The notes below the pieces were generated by a model, which saw only the letters and a list, made by a program, of their open reading frames with translations, was not told the DNA's origin and did not search any database. The position numbers were made by a program, and so were the translations under genes. Of a DNA stretch of 64,000 bases, positions 1 through 8,504 are shown one piece after another. Origin of the DNA: an uncultured Bacteroidales bacterium (GTDB lineage: Bacteria; Bacteroidota; Bacteroidia; Bacteroidales; WCHB1-69); assembly GCA_905233745.1 (NCBI GenBank), contig CAJODA010000001.1, positions 7,855 through 71,854 of the forward strand. Reading direction: 5' to 3'. The first letter of the stretch is position 1. Every line of letters begins with the position of its first letter.

Positions 1-2516
1 AAAGCACTCGTATTGGTGCTATCCACCGTGTAATAGTCTGCCATGGTTGGGTTGGGGGCTGTATTCCAACATACTCCGCGCACAGTTACAGTATCTTCAC
101 CAACAACAGAGACATGGGCACAGCAAACTGCGCATGTGTCTGTGATTTGATATACTGAATCGGTGATAACCGGACCATCATGCAAGCAACGGACAGACAA
201 GGCAAAATCCTTGGTGATCATCGGCATGCCAACATTCGCCAGGCTATTGAAAATGGAACGGGTAAAGACACGCAACCCATCGTTTTCTGTGGAGCTCCAG
301 AAATAGGCTTGTCCACCGAAAGCGTTATAACCATATAAGAAATTACCGGCAGGAAGGGCTGAAAATCCCGTGGCATTGTTGGTGGCTAACATCTCGCCCA
401 CCGAACAGGCTGTATCGCTGACATTCCATCCGGTAGTGGTGGCCAAAACCTTGGCAATATTAGTGATATCATCACCACAAGTGTAAACATTCTGAGCACT
501 AACATAATCCGTCAACTGTGTCCATTCCGCATCGCTCGGCACATGCCAGCCCGTGGGGCAGATTCCCTGAACACCGCTCGGATTGGTATTGCTTGCAGAG
601 GAATCCCTCATTACCGCACGCCAGTTGTAAAGGTAACCGTACGCAGTTACTACAGAAGTGTCATTATTCGGATAATAGCGGCATGCCGTCGTGGCGGATG
701 GGGAAGAACCTAAAAGTATATTCGTACCATCTGCATATTTTGTGGTCCGCAAGTTCTCTTTCATCCAACATTGCTGACCAATCCGGACCGTATTATAAAT
801 ATTGCCATCGGTATCACTCACCGTTGGCATACCGAAACAAGGACGACCATCCATACCCACAGAAGCGGCTACGGTAGTAAAGCTGACTTCATTGCCGTAT
901 GAGGTATCCACACTGTTGGCGGCAAATGCGCGCACATAATACGTTGTTGCCGGTGTCATATCCGTAAGAATGATCTGGAATATATCAACACCCGTGGTAT
1001 CTACCATGTAGTTGTCGGCCGTAGTCGGGTTTGGAGTTGTATTCCAGCAAACTCCGCGTACAGTCACAGAATCTCCGCCATCGGCAGCAACGCGACCTAT
1101 ACAAACCGCGCTTGTGTCTGTGATTTGAAAGGCTGTATCCGTGATAACTGTGGGTGCTGTAATACCGCGCAGACACCGGACGGAAAGACCGTAAGTCTTG
1201 TCGTACTGGGAATTCACCACTTTTTCCCTATTGTAATGCATTCCGACATATTTCGCATAATAATCATCGTGAGCTGTTGAGCTCCAGAAACAGGCAGATT
1301 CTCCAAAGGAGCCAAACAAATCACCATATCGGCCAGCCGGCGACGCCGCAAACCCGGAGACATTGTTCATGAAAAGGTCGTTACCCGGCGCGCATGGTGT
1401 TCCACTGTTCTCCCAACCGATAGCGGCAGCCAACGCCTTGGCAATGTGCGAACTATCACCGTTACAGACATTCTCGTCAATTCCACCCACATAATTAAAA
1501 AGTTGCAACCAATCCTCATTACTCGGCATATACCAGCCGTTTGGACAAACACCTTGCAACCCATTGCTACTGGATGCAGCTCCACGCATTACAGCAGGCC
1601 AATTGTATAAATATCCATACGCGGCAACATTGCTTTCATTGCCCGGAACATAACGATACGGGGTGTCATATCCCCCATTTCCGCCAACAGGAATCTCCGT
1701 GTTGTCCGCATAACGCGTGACACGGAGGTTTTCATTCATCCAACATTGGGCTCCTATCTGGACCGTATTATAGACATTGCCATCAATATCAGACACGGTG
1801 GCGGCACCATTACAAGGCAGACCATCACTATTGAATGTCAGCGTCAGCGTCTCACTGTTATTTATTTCTTGCAAAATTTCTGCACTCGCATGTCTGTGTA
1901 TATAGCCCACATAACTCATTTGATCACCAACATGGGTATAGTTAAGAGAATCGAACTTCGTGGATTTGGCTTCAGCAGCACCGCCTTTTGAGGCCTCTGA
2001 AATAGCACCGACATATTCCACAGCATCGCGTCCTCCATCATTCTGGTTCAACATCTTGACAGATGTGGTCTTCCCATTTTGCCGAGCTTTGAAAATATAT
2101 GTGCCGGGGTTGTGCAATGTGACACGATATTGATGCAAACCCGGAGTTTGGATTCGATATTTGTTTGACGCAACAATACGTCCAATCATATCCGCAACCT
2201 CAACAGACACCAAGCCTTGCTCGGGCAAACTCAGGTTTACCATAGAGGTACCACTGAAAGGGTTGGGAACCACTTGGGATGTAATACTTGCATTACTGTA
2301 TGAACCAATACCTGTAGTCAGATCGAGAGTGTAAACCGTATCCGGAAAATAGATGGTGTCCGACCAATTTTGGGTCAGGTTTTTAATGATGATGTAATCG
2401 GGCTGAACATAGACACCGCTATCACTTCGACAAGTAAATGTCAGCGTCACACTGCTCTGAGCCATGACGCAAGAGCCAAGCAGACTCATTACAATAAAAA
2501 AGAAAAATTTTTTCAT
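1..2516 (-). CDS. Large secreted multi-domain protein, partial (C-terminus lies beyond the window start). It has a signal peptide, an N-proximal T9SS-CTD-like domain, then two FISUMP (Fibrobacter succinogenes major paralogous, TIGR02145-like) domains, each followed by an Ig/FN3-like domain.
   Basis: It is absent from the ORF track because it runs off the window edge. Hand translation of the reverse strand from the ATG at 2516 stays open to position 1. N-terminus is MKKFFFFIVMSLLGSCVMAQS. FISUMP hallmarks are DIDGNVYNTVQIGAQCWMNENL..YGYLYNW..CPNGWYMPS..SVRCL and DTDGNIYNTVRIGQQCWMKENL..YGYLYNW..GICPTGWHVPSDAEWTQL..SVRCL. Confidence 0.8.
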   Translation of the reverse strand, partial: MKKFFFFIVMSLLGSCVMAQSSVTLTFTCRSDSGVYVQPDYIIIKNLTQNWSDTIYFPDTVYTLDLTTGIGSYSNASITSQVVPNPFSGTSMVNLSLPEQGLVSVEVADMIGRIVASNKYRIQTPGLHQYRVTLHNPGTYIFKARQNGKTTSVKMLNQNDGGRDAVEYVGAISEASKGGAAEAKSTKFDSLNYTHVGDQMSYVGYIHRHASAEILQEINNSETLTLTFNSDGLPCNGAATVSDIDGNVYNTVQIGAQCWMNENLRVTRYADNTEIPVGGNGGYDTPYRYVPGNESNVAAYGYLYNWPAVMRGAASSSNGLQGVCPNGWYMPSNEDWLQLFNYVGGIDENVCNGDSSHIAKALAAAIGWENSGTPCAPGNDLFMNNVSGFAASPAGRYGDLFGSFGESACFWSSTAHDDYYAKYVGMHYNREKVVNSQYDKTYGLSVRCLRGITAPTVITDTAFQITDTSAVCIGRVAADGGDSVTVRGVCWNTTPNPTTADNYMVDTTGVDIFQIILTDMTPATTYYVRAFAANSVDTSYGNEVSFTTVAASVGMDGRPCFGMPTVSDTDGNIYNTVRIGQQCWMKENLRTTKYADGTNILLGSSPSATTACRYYPNNDTSVVTAYGYLYNWRAVMRDSSASNTNPSGVQGICPTGWHVPSDAEWTQLTDYVSAQNVYTCGDDITNIAKVLATTTGWNVSDTACSVGEMLATNNATGFSALPAGNFLYGYNAFGGQAYFWSSTENDGLRVFTRSIFNSLANVGMPMITKDFALSVRCLHDGPVITDSVYQITDTCAVCCAHVSVVGEDTVTVRGVCWNTAPNPTMADYYTVDSTNTSA
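526..552. repeat. Left arm of a 27-nt perfect inverted repeat shared with 3490..3516
   Basis: The reverse complement of 526..552 equals 3490..3516 (gggctggcatgtgccgagcgatgcgga). Both arms encode the GWHVPSDAE core of a FISUMP domain in divergently oriented paralogs. Confidence 0.9.
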
Positions 2517-2831
2517 GTGTGATTTGGATTTAATATTAATAATGAAACATTGATTGTGATAATATGTTCTTTTTCATCTTCTATTTATGTTTAACTGTCA
2601 AAAATTCGTTCACAGAGAACAAAGCACAAAGAAAGTGGAGCCGTTATCCGACAGCATCCTCCCGGTAGGGCTGGACTCCCTGTTAGTAAGATACTGAAGA
2701 ACAAGCCCCACCTAGTCGGCAATTAAACACTTCATAGGCAAGCTTGATTTCCGATATCCGTACTAACATCTAAACTGTCCAGGTTTACCGAGACGGATAA
2801 GCGAAAACTCGCTTTCTTTTTAATAAAAAAT

Positions 2832-2859
2832 CCGTTGTCCGCCATTATGGCGAAACAAC
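2832..2859 (-). terminator. Stem-loop plus U-tract on the minus strand, at the start of the long leader of the 1..2516 gene (attenuator or insulator candidate)
   Basis: The minus strand reads ccgttgtttcgccataatggcggacaacgg followed by atttttt. The outer stem is ccgttgt/acaacgg and the inner stem is cgcc/ggcg. Confidence 0.4.
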
Positions 2860-2863
2860 GGTG

Positions 2864-2871
2864 CAAATATA
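2864..2871 (-). promoter_or_regulatory. Bacteroides-type -7 promoter box (TAtaTTTG on the minus strand)
   Basis: The plus strand reads CAAATATA, which is the reverse complement of TAnnTTTG. It lies about 350 nt upstream of the ATG at 2516. Confidence 0.35.
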
Positions 2872-2965
2872 CATTTTTTTTTAATTACCAAGCCCGGCAG
2901 ACCTACGGCCTGCCAGCACGGGCATACCATCGTAACAAAATAATTCGTATTTTAGCCCCGCCAAC

Positions 2966-2980
2966 TGGAAGGTGCTTTGC
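2966..2980 (+). promoter_or_regulatory. Weak sigma-54-like -24/-12 element (TGGAAG-N5-TTGC) upstream of the FISUMP lipoprotein gene
   Basis: The sequence cTGGAAGgtgctTTGCc has the correct GG-N10-GC spacing. The -24 hexamer matches TGGCAC at 4 of 6 positions. Confidence 0.25.
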
Positions 2981-3079
2981 CATGAAGTTGGCAGATTTTT
3001 TAATTATAACAAGAAGTTGTGCCCGACACGTAACCAGGGCTTTTTATTATGAACAAAATCAAAATCACAAGAATGATGC

Positions 3080-3874
3080 TTGGTGCATTGGTTGTCGTTG
3101 CGCTTGTTTTTTAACGCCTGCGGTCCTGATGACGGCGGCGAAAACGACGGGGGTGGCAGCAACCAGGAGTACCCCTCCACTGCGGATGTGATCCGCAATG
3201 CGGTGAAGGACATTGACGGCAACAAGTACGATGCCGTGAAAATCGGCAACCAAGTGTGGATGGCCTCCAACCTGCGCACCACCCGCTATGCCGACGGGAC
3301 AAACATTCCGTTGGGAGAAGCAACGAGTTATACAGACCCCTATCGCTATGCACCAGGGAAATATCAAAGCAATGATTCGAACATGGTCAATGTGCCTGCG
3401 TACGGCTATCTGTACAACTGGGCAGCTGTGATGCACGGGGCAAGCAGTAGTGATGCCAATCCCAGCGGGGTACAGGGCATCTGCCCCAAGGGCTGGCATG
3501 TGCCGAGCGATGCGGAGTGGACCCAATTGACGGACTATATGAAAACGCGCCCCGAATATATGTCCAGTGGCAATATTAATAATTTAGCCAAAGCCTTGGC
3601 TGCGACATGGGGATGGAAGAGCAGTTCGGATCCAGATTATGTCGGATACGAACCTAGTACGACCTACAACGCCACCGGCTTTTCCGCTCTGCCCGCTGGC
3701 GGCTACTACGGCGGAAATTACGACGATTTCGGCAGTTACGCCGACTTTTGGTCTTCGACGGAGTACTATAGCGACTACGCGTGGACTCGGGACCTGAACG
3801 ACTGCCACGCTGGCATGACCAGGGAAGACAGCTTCAAGAACTGCGGTTTTTCTGTCCGTTGCGTACGCGATTAG
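3080..3874 (+). CDS. FISUMP-domain (TIGR02145-like) lipoprotein. The mature part is intact, but the signal peptide sits in another frame (ATG 3049, stop 3112-3114).
   Basis: Motifs DIDGNKYDAVKIGNQVWMASNL..YGYLYNWAAV..GICPKGWHVPSDAEWTQL..FSVRCVRD. Upstream frame 3049..3111 encodes MNKIKITRMMLGALVVVALVF and stops inside a T6 run. Removing one T would give ..LVFNACGPDD, a lipobox. Confidence 0.8.
   Translation: MVHWLSLRLFFNACGPDDGGENDGGGSNQEYPSTADVIRNAVKDIDGNKYDAVKIGNQVWMASNLRTTRYADGTNIPLGEATSYTDPYRYAPGKYQSNDSNMVNVPAYGYLYNWAAVMHGASSSDANPSGVQGICPKGWHVPSDAEWTQLTDYMKTRPEYMSSGNINNLAKALAATWGWKSSSDPDYVGYEPSTTYNATGFSALPAGGYYGGNYDDFGSYADFWSSTEYYSDYAWTRDLNDCHAGMTREDSFKNCGFSVRCVRD
3490..3516. repeat. Right arm of the 27-nt perfect inverted repeat (partner at 526..552)
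   Basis: Direct comparison of the two sequences. Confidence 0.9.
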
Positions 3875-3885
3875 CTGAAACGATG

Positions 3886-3974
3886 AACGTTGGGGGTTCC
3901 GCCGCTTGCTGCAATTCACGGTTAATCGCACCATTCCGCGAAACGCGACAGCGTTGAGCGGAACCCCCACCGTT
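3886..3974 (+). other. Long-range hairpin (16 of 17 bp stem, about 55-nt loop) downstream of the FISUMP lipoprotein gene
   Basis: aacgttgggggttccgc (3886-3902) pairs with gcggaacccccaccgtt (3958-3974). A C5 run and ATTTTTT follow. Confidence 0.5.
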
Positions 3975-3995
3975 AACCCCCATTTTTTCGGGCAC

Positions 3996-4027
3996 AAAAA
4001 AAAGCAGACCCTCATAAGAGAGTCTGC
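3996..4027 (-). terminator. Intrinsic terminator of tsf
   Basis: The minus strand has a gcagac..gtctgc stem followed by T8. Confidence 0.75.
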
Positions 4028-4055
4028 TCTGTAACGGAACCGTAGTCGGTAAGGA

Positions 4056-5060
4056 TTACTCACCGATCTGACGGCGAACGAAAGCGGTGCATTCCAGCTC
4101 TTTGTCATTGGCGTGGATGTAGTCGCGGACATTCTGTTTGCCGTCGCCACCCATAACGAGCACTTGGTACATCAAGGTGCTTTCCTTGAAGAACTTCACC
4201 AAACGTCCTTGGGCAATCTGCTGGATCTGGGCCTCGTTGAGGTTGGCAGCCTTGTTGGCAGCTTCCTCTTCCTTGATCTTGCGAGCAAGGTTAGCCTGTT
4301 CCTCAGTAATCCAACCCTTGGCCATGTTGGAGTTGATGTGATCCTCGCTGTCAACGTGTGCGGGGTTGATGCCAGCCTTGTTCAGGGCGGCGTCAACGGC
4401 CTTGCTGATCAGTTCGAGGCGGGTTTTCTCAACACCCACTGCGAGTTCGCGGTCTTTAACCTCTTGAGGAATGGCGTTCTCATCCAGTGCGAGCGGGTTC
4501 ATAGCGGTGATGTGAAGCGCGACATTGTGAGCAGCGGTCTTCGCATTGTCATCATTCTTGTTGAAGCCCACGAGGGTGGCCTTGTGGTTGCCCATGTGGT
4601 TGTATGCTTCCACGTACGCGGCTTCCAGCGTGTCGTAGTGAGGAAGTTCGATCTTCTCACCTGTCTTGCCGGTCAGCTCGGTCAGCTTTTCAGTCACGGT
4701 CATGCCGTCAACATTCATGGCGAGAAGTTCGTCACGGGTGTTGACATTGGCGGCGATAGCCTTGTCGAGCAGGGAATCAACGAAGTTCACGAATTCCTCG
4801 CCCTTGGCCACGAAGTCGGTCTCGCAAGCCACTAAGAGCATGTAACCCTTGGTGTGGTCAGCGTTGGTCTTTGCGATGAGGCGGCCTTCGTTGGACTCGC
4901 GGTCGGCGCGTTTGGCGGCCACTTTCTGACCTTTCTTGCGGAGGATATCGATAGCTTTTTCAAAATCGCCGTCAGCTTCAACCAAAGCTTTCTTGCAATC
5001 CATCATACCGATACCGGTCTGTTGTCTCAATTTATTTACATCAGCAGCTGTAATTGCCAT
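4056..5060 (-). CDS. tsf: Translation elongation factor Ts
   Basis: N-terminal UBA-like motif MAITAADVNKLRQQTGIGMMDCKKALVEADGDFEKAIDILRKKG. It lies directly downstream of rpsB. Confidence 0.95.
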   Translation of the reverse strand: MAITAADVNKLRQQTGIGMMDCKKALVEADGDFEKAIDILRKKGQKVAAKRADRESNEGRLIAKTNADHTKGYMLLVACETDFVAKGEEFVNFVDSLLDKAIAANVNTRDELLAMNVDGMTVTEKLTELTGKTGEKIELPHYDTLEAAYVEAYNHMGNHKATLVGFNKNDDNAKTAAHNVALHITAMNPLALDENAIPQEVKDRELAVGVEKTRLELISKAVDAALNKAGINPAHVDSEDHINSNMAKGWITEEQANLARKIKEEEAANKAANLNEAQIQQIAQGRLVKFFKESTLMYQVLVMGGDGKQNVRDYIHANDKELECTAFVRRQIGE

Positions 5061-5086
5061 AGTTAAAATTCTTTAAAAGTTAATAC

Positions 5087-5899
5087 TTATTCTTTGTCAG
5101 CAGGACGTCTGCCCGTTCTTCTGCGTCTGCCCTCGTTAGCTTCGGGAGCTTCCTCAGCGTTGTTATCCTCGGCGGTCTCGACTTCCTCTTCAGCCTGGGC
5201 CTCTTTGTTCATGGCGCGCTCGTCAAGGCCTTCCTTGATGGCGTCACAGATGGCTTTCAGGATGACGGCAATAGACTTGGATGCGTCGTCGTTTGCCGGA
5301 ATCGGATAGTCAACCATACGCGGGTCAGAGTTGGTGTCCACGATTGCGAAAGTGGGGATGGCGAGTTTGCGGGCCTCAGCCAGGGCGATGTGCTCTTTCA
5401 TCACGTCAACGATGAAAACGGCGGCGGGAAGGCGGGACAAGTCGGAAATGGAACCGAGGTTCTTTTCCAGTTTGGCGCGCTCACGCTGGATTTGCAGTCT
5501 CTCGCGTTTGGAGATGTTGTTGAACTGGTCGCTCTCGATCAGACGGTCGATGTCGCTCATTTTCTTGACAGCCTTGCGGATGGTGAAGAAGTTGGTCAGC
5601 ATACCGCCAGGCCAACGTTCCGTAACGTAAGGCATGCCGACTTCCTTAACCATAGCGGAAACGGTTTCCTTAGCCTGTTTCTTCGTGGCGACGAAGAGGA
5701 TCTTGCGGCCGGATTTGGCGATCTGCTTTGCAGCTGCGGCGGCCTCATCCACCTTGCCCATCGTCTTGTAAAGATCGATGATGTGGATACCGTTCTTCTC
5801 CATGAAGATGTAGGGAGCCATTGCAGGGTTCCATTTTCTCTTGAGGTGTCCGAAATGACAACCTGCGTCTAATAATTCTTCAAATTGTACTCTTGACAT
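5087..5899 (-). CDS. rpsB: 30S ribosomal protein S2, with an acidic/basic C-terminal extension
   Basis: LLDAGCHFGHLKRKWNPAMAPYIF..GIHIIDL. Conserved rpsB-tsf operon arrangement. Confidence 0.95.
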   Translation of the reverse strand: MSRVQFEELLDAGCHFGHLKRKWNPAMAPYIFMEKNGIHIIDLYKTMGKVDEAAAAAKQIAKSGRKILFVATKKQAKETVSAMVKEVGMPYVTERWPGGMLTNFFTIRKAVKKMSDIDRLIESDQFNNISKRERLQIQRERAKLEKNLGSISDLSRLPAAVFIVDVMKEHIALAEARKLAIPTFAIVDTNSDPRMVDYPIPANDDASKSIAVILKAICDAIKEGLDERAMNKEAQAEEEVETAEDNNAEEAPEANEGRRRRTGRRPADKE

Positions 5900-6009
5900 T
5901 TTTTAATTTTTAATTGTTTACATTCTTTAAAACAACCATGGGGTAGTTCGAAGGAAATCCCCACAGTTTCGATACTAAACAGTTTTTCGTCAGATATATT
6001 AGGATAATA

Positions 6010-6396
6010 CTAACGTTTGCTGAACTGGAATCTCTTACGAGCCTTGGGCTGACCGGGTTTCTTACGCTCGACCATACGCGGGTCGCGGCGGAGGAATCCT
6101 TGAACCTTCATAGCGTGGCGGAGCTCAGGGTTGATTTCCACAAGGGCTTTCGCGATGGCCATGCGGAGAGCCTCAGCCTGACCGGTGACACCGCCGCCGT
6201 CCAAGTTGGCCTTGATGTCATACTGACCCATCACCTCAGCGAGCTGGAGCGGCTGCTCCACTTTGTACTGCAGGGTCGGCACACAAAAATACTCCTTATA
6301 GTCACGGTTGTTGACCATGATTTGACCGCTGCCGCTCTTCATATAAAGGCGGGCAACTGCGGTTTTTCTTCTGCCTAATGTATTGATTACTTCCAT
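6010..6396 (-). CDS. rpsI: 30S ribosomal protein S9
   Basis: GRRKTAVARLYMK..GGGVTGQAEALRMAIAKAL..KARKRFQFSKR. Confidence 0.95.
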   Translation of the reverse strand: MEVINTLGRRKTAVARLYMKSGSGQIMVNNRDYKEYFCVPTLQYKVEQPLQLAEVMGQYDIKANLDGGGVTGQAEALRMAIAKALVEINPELRHAMKVQGFLRRDPRMVERKKPGQPKARKRFQFSKR

Positions 6397-6401
6397 GTTT
6401 C

Positions 6402-6857
6402 TTATTTGAGGTCTTTAACGTTGATTAACTTGGGTTGCTGTGCTTCATGCGGGTGGTTGGGACCACAATAGATGTGGAGGTTGCGGTACAACTGGGCACC
6501 GAGCTTGTTCTTCGGAAGCATACCTTTGATGGCGTGCTCAAGAATGCGCTCCGGATACTTGCGCATGACTTCCTTCGGGGTGGCAAAACGCTGCCCGCCG
6601 GGATAAGTGGTGTGGTGGACATACTCCTTGTCCTCCCATTTGTTGCCCGTGAATCTCACTTTCTCAGCATTGATGATGATCACATTGTCACCACAATCGA
6701 AACTGGGCGTGTAATAAGGTTTGTTCTTTCCCTTCAAAATGCGGGCCACAGCGGTAGCCAGACGGCCGACCACCATTTCTTGTGCATCAATTAAGACCCA
6801 CTCTTTCTTGACGATCTCTTTGTTCGCCGAAATTGTTTTGTAACTTACTGCATCCAT
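6402..6857 (-). CDS. rplM: 50S ribosomal protein L13
   Basis: KKEWVLIDAQEMVVGRLATAVARILKGKNKPYYTP. Sits upstream of rpsI, as in the conserved operon. Confidence 0.95.
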   Translation of the reverse strand: MDAVSYKTISANKEIVKKEWVLIDAQEMVVGRLATAVARILKGKNKPYYTPSFDCGDNVIIINAEKVRFTGNKWEDKEYVHHTTYPGGQRFATPKEVMRKYPERILEHAIKGMLPKNKLGAQLYRNLHIYCGPNHPHEAQQPKLINVKDLK

Positions 6858-6968
6858 TTTTCAGTTTGTTGTTTTTGTTTTGAGAGATGTCTTCACCCAC
6901 ATCTCTCTGATTTCTAATTAATTTTCCTTTACTAACATTAAGGACAATAATCGGTATTTTGAGGTCGG

Positions 6969-6976
6969 CAAAAATA
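6969..6976 (-). promoter_or_regulatory. Bacteroides-type -7 box for the rplM-rpsI operon
   Basis: The plus strand reads CAAAAATA (reverse complement of TAnnTTTG), 112 nt upstream of the rplM start. Confidence 0.45.
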
Positions 6977-7046
6977 CACTTTTTTTGATATCAACAAACT
7001 GTATATGAATATTTTTTTATCAACTATTGGAATCTGAGAAAACGAA

Positions 7047-8450
7047 TCATATTTTATAGGTCCTGACATTGGATTTGGGCTTCTTCTCAGAACCGTTGTC
7101 CGGACTCTCTGAGGAGTGCTTGCTCCGGGCCGGCAGCACCTCTATCTGGTAATCCGGTGAGGAGATGGTCTTGTATGTGCCCATATCATAGTTGTAATAA
7201 GTAAAAGCCGTCCCCGGGATCAGGAATGTGCCCTCCGAACGCGGGATAATGGTGTAGCGGAAGGTCTTGGAACCGGTGACCAGGTCGTTTTTGGCAGAAA
7301 TGCTCCCTGAAATGCGCGGATAGGTCACGTCGCAGTCGGCAGGGAAATCGATACCCAGATCCTCAGCTGTAATATGATGCAGGTTGCCCGTACCTGAAAC
7401 GGTCACCACCAGCGTAACCGGTTCGTTGACATGGGTTTCCGTTTTGTTCATGTTGGAACTGATTGTGAAGTTGCCCACAACCTCAGTCTTATCCGAGCGC
7501 GTCCCGGGCAGCGCTTTCACTTTCAAGGATAACTCGTTGGAGGTAACTGTCACATCTTTGCGACGGGTGGTGCTGAAGCTTCCCCAGAAAGGGTCATTCA
7601 CCGTAGCCGGCACACTGACACGCAATGTGAGCGTCAGCTTCGGAATGGTGAGCCGGCCAGTCCTGGTCGGATAAACGGCCGTCTGCTTCACAACAAACAC
7701 ACTGTAACTCTTGCCGTTCACCGTCTCTGTACTCTCGGCACGATTAGATAGATCCAGACCTTCCAGCCACATATCATCCGTACTGGCAAAGCTGGCACGC
7801 TCAATGGCATATCTGCGATATTCCTGCTTCACATATAACTTGTGGGTCACTACCACAGCCTCACCTTGATAAGCCTCCAACTGGGAGGAGACGGCCTTGA
7901 TGAAAATATCGTCCTTTCCTATCTTGTCATCTATCTGCACCTTGTCTCGTTTCTGGTTGGGCTGGGATTGGGAGCTAAAGGGCCAACCCGGCATCTGGTA
8001 TTCCCACGAAAACCAGTCCTCACCCGGTCTGATGTCCTCCTGTTGTGTGATTTTCGGAGCTTTCACCACCTTCACAATCACATAATTGCTTTTCACCACC
8101 CTACCGTCAAAGGAAAAGGTAACGCCCGGAATGGTAAACTCTCCCTCCTTGTTGCTTAATAAATAATATGTATAGGTATAACTGGTGTTCTGCTCCACCT
8201 TGCCGTTCATCATGGATATGGAAGTGCTGGAAGCGACGTTAGGTCCGCTCACCATCTCTAACTTTCCGAAATCGGAAGAGATAACCTCCCCCTTTTCGTC
8301 TGTGGTAACCGTATACTTGAACTGCTGTCCCACTGCCACTTCCGCCGGAGCGGAAGCCTTGCAGGATTCCTCAGATTGCGCCGGAGCGACCGAACAAAAC
8401 AGGATGAGAATCGCCAACAAACCTGAACATTTGCGTAACATCTTTTTCAT
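7047..8450 (-). CDS. BatD-like secreted protein (aerotolerance-operon family). It is an orphan copy and is shorter than typical BatD.
   Basis: Signal peptide MKKMLRKCSGLLAILILFCSVAPAQS. BatD-like N-terminal pattern VAVGQQFKYTV..VSGPNVASSTSISMMNGK..YTYTYYLLSNKEGEFTIPGVTF. No batA/B/C/E genes are nearby. Confidence 0.6.
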   Translation of the reverse strand: MKKMLRKCSGLLAILILFCSVAPAQSEESCKASAPAEVAVGQQFKYTVTTDEKGEVISSDFGKLEMVSGPNVASSTSISMMNGKVEQNTSYTYTYYLLSNKEGEFTIPGVTFSFDGRVVKSNYVIVKVVKAPKITQQEDIRPGEDWFSWEYQMPGWPFSSQSQPNQKRDKVQIDDKIGKDDIFIKAVSSQLEAYQGEAVVVTHKLYVKQEYRRYAIERASFASTDDMWLEGLDLSNRAESTETVNGKSYSVFVVKQTAVYPTRTGRLTIPKLTLTLRVSVPATVNDPFWGSFSTTRRKDVTVTSNELSLKVKALPGTRSDKTEVVGNFTISSNMNKTETHVNEPVTLVVTVSGTGNLHHITAEDLGIDFPADCDVTYPRISGSISAKNDLVTGSKTFRYTIIPRSEGTFLIPGTAFTYYNYDMGTYKTISSPDYQIEVLPARSKHSSESPDNGSEKKPKSNVRTYKI

Positions 8451-8504
8451 AGTTCCTCCTATTATTTTTTTTGCGTTAAACTAACGGACAAGCGTTCAAA
8501 ATAT

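Noticed and set aside
518-1991. Short ORFs 518..877, 985..1176, 1367..1585 and 1746..1991 listed in the track
   Set aside because: All fall inside, or antisense to, the long minus-strand FISUMP ORF (1..2516). The track omits that ORF only because it has no stop codon inside the window.
2835-3191. A 118-aa ORF spanning the intergenic region upstream of the FISUMP lipoprotein gene
   Set aside because: It crosses the promoter region and runs out of frame through the true signal peptide and mature domain. It has no motifs.
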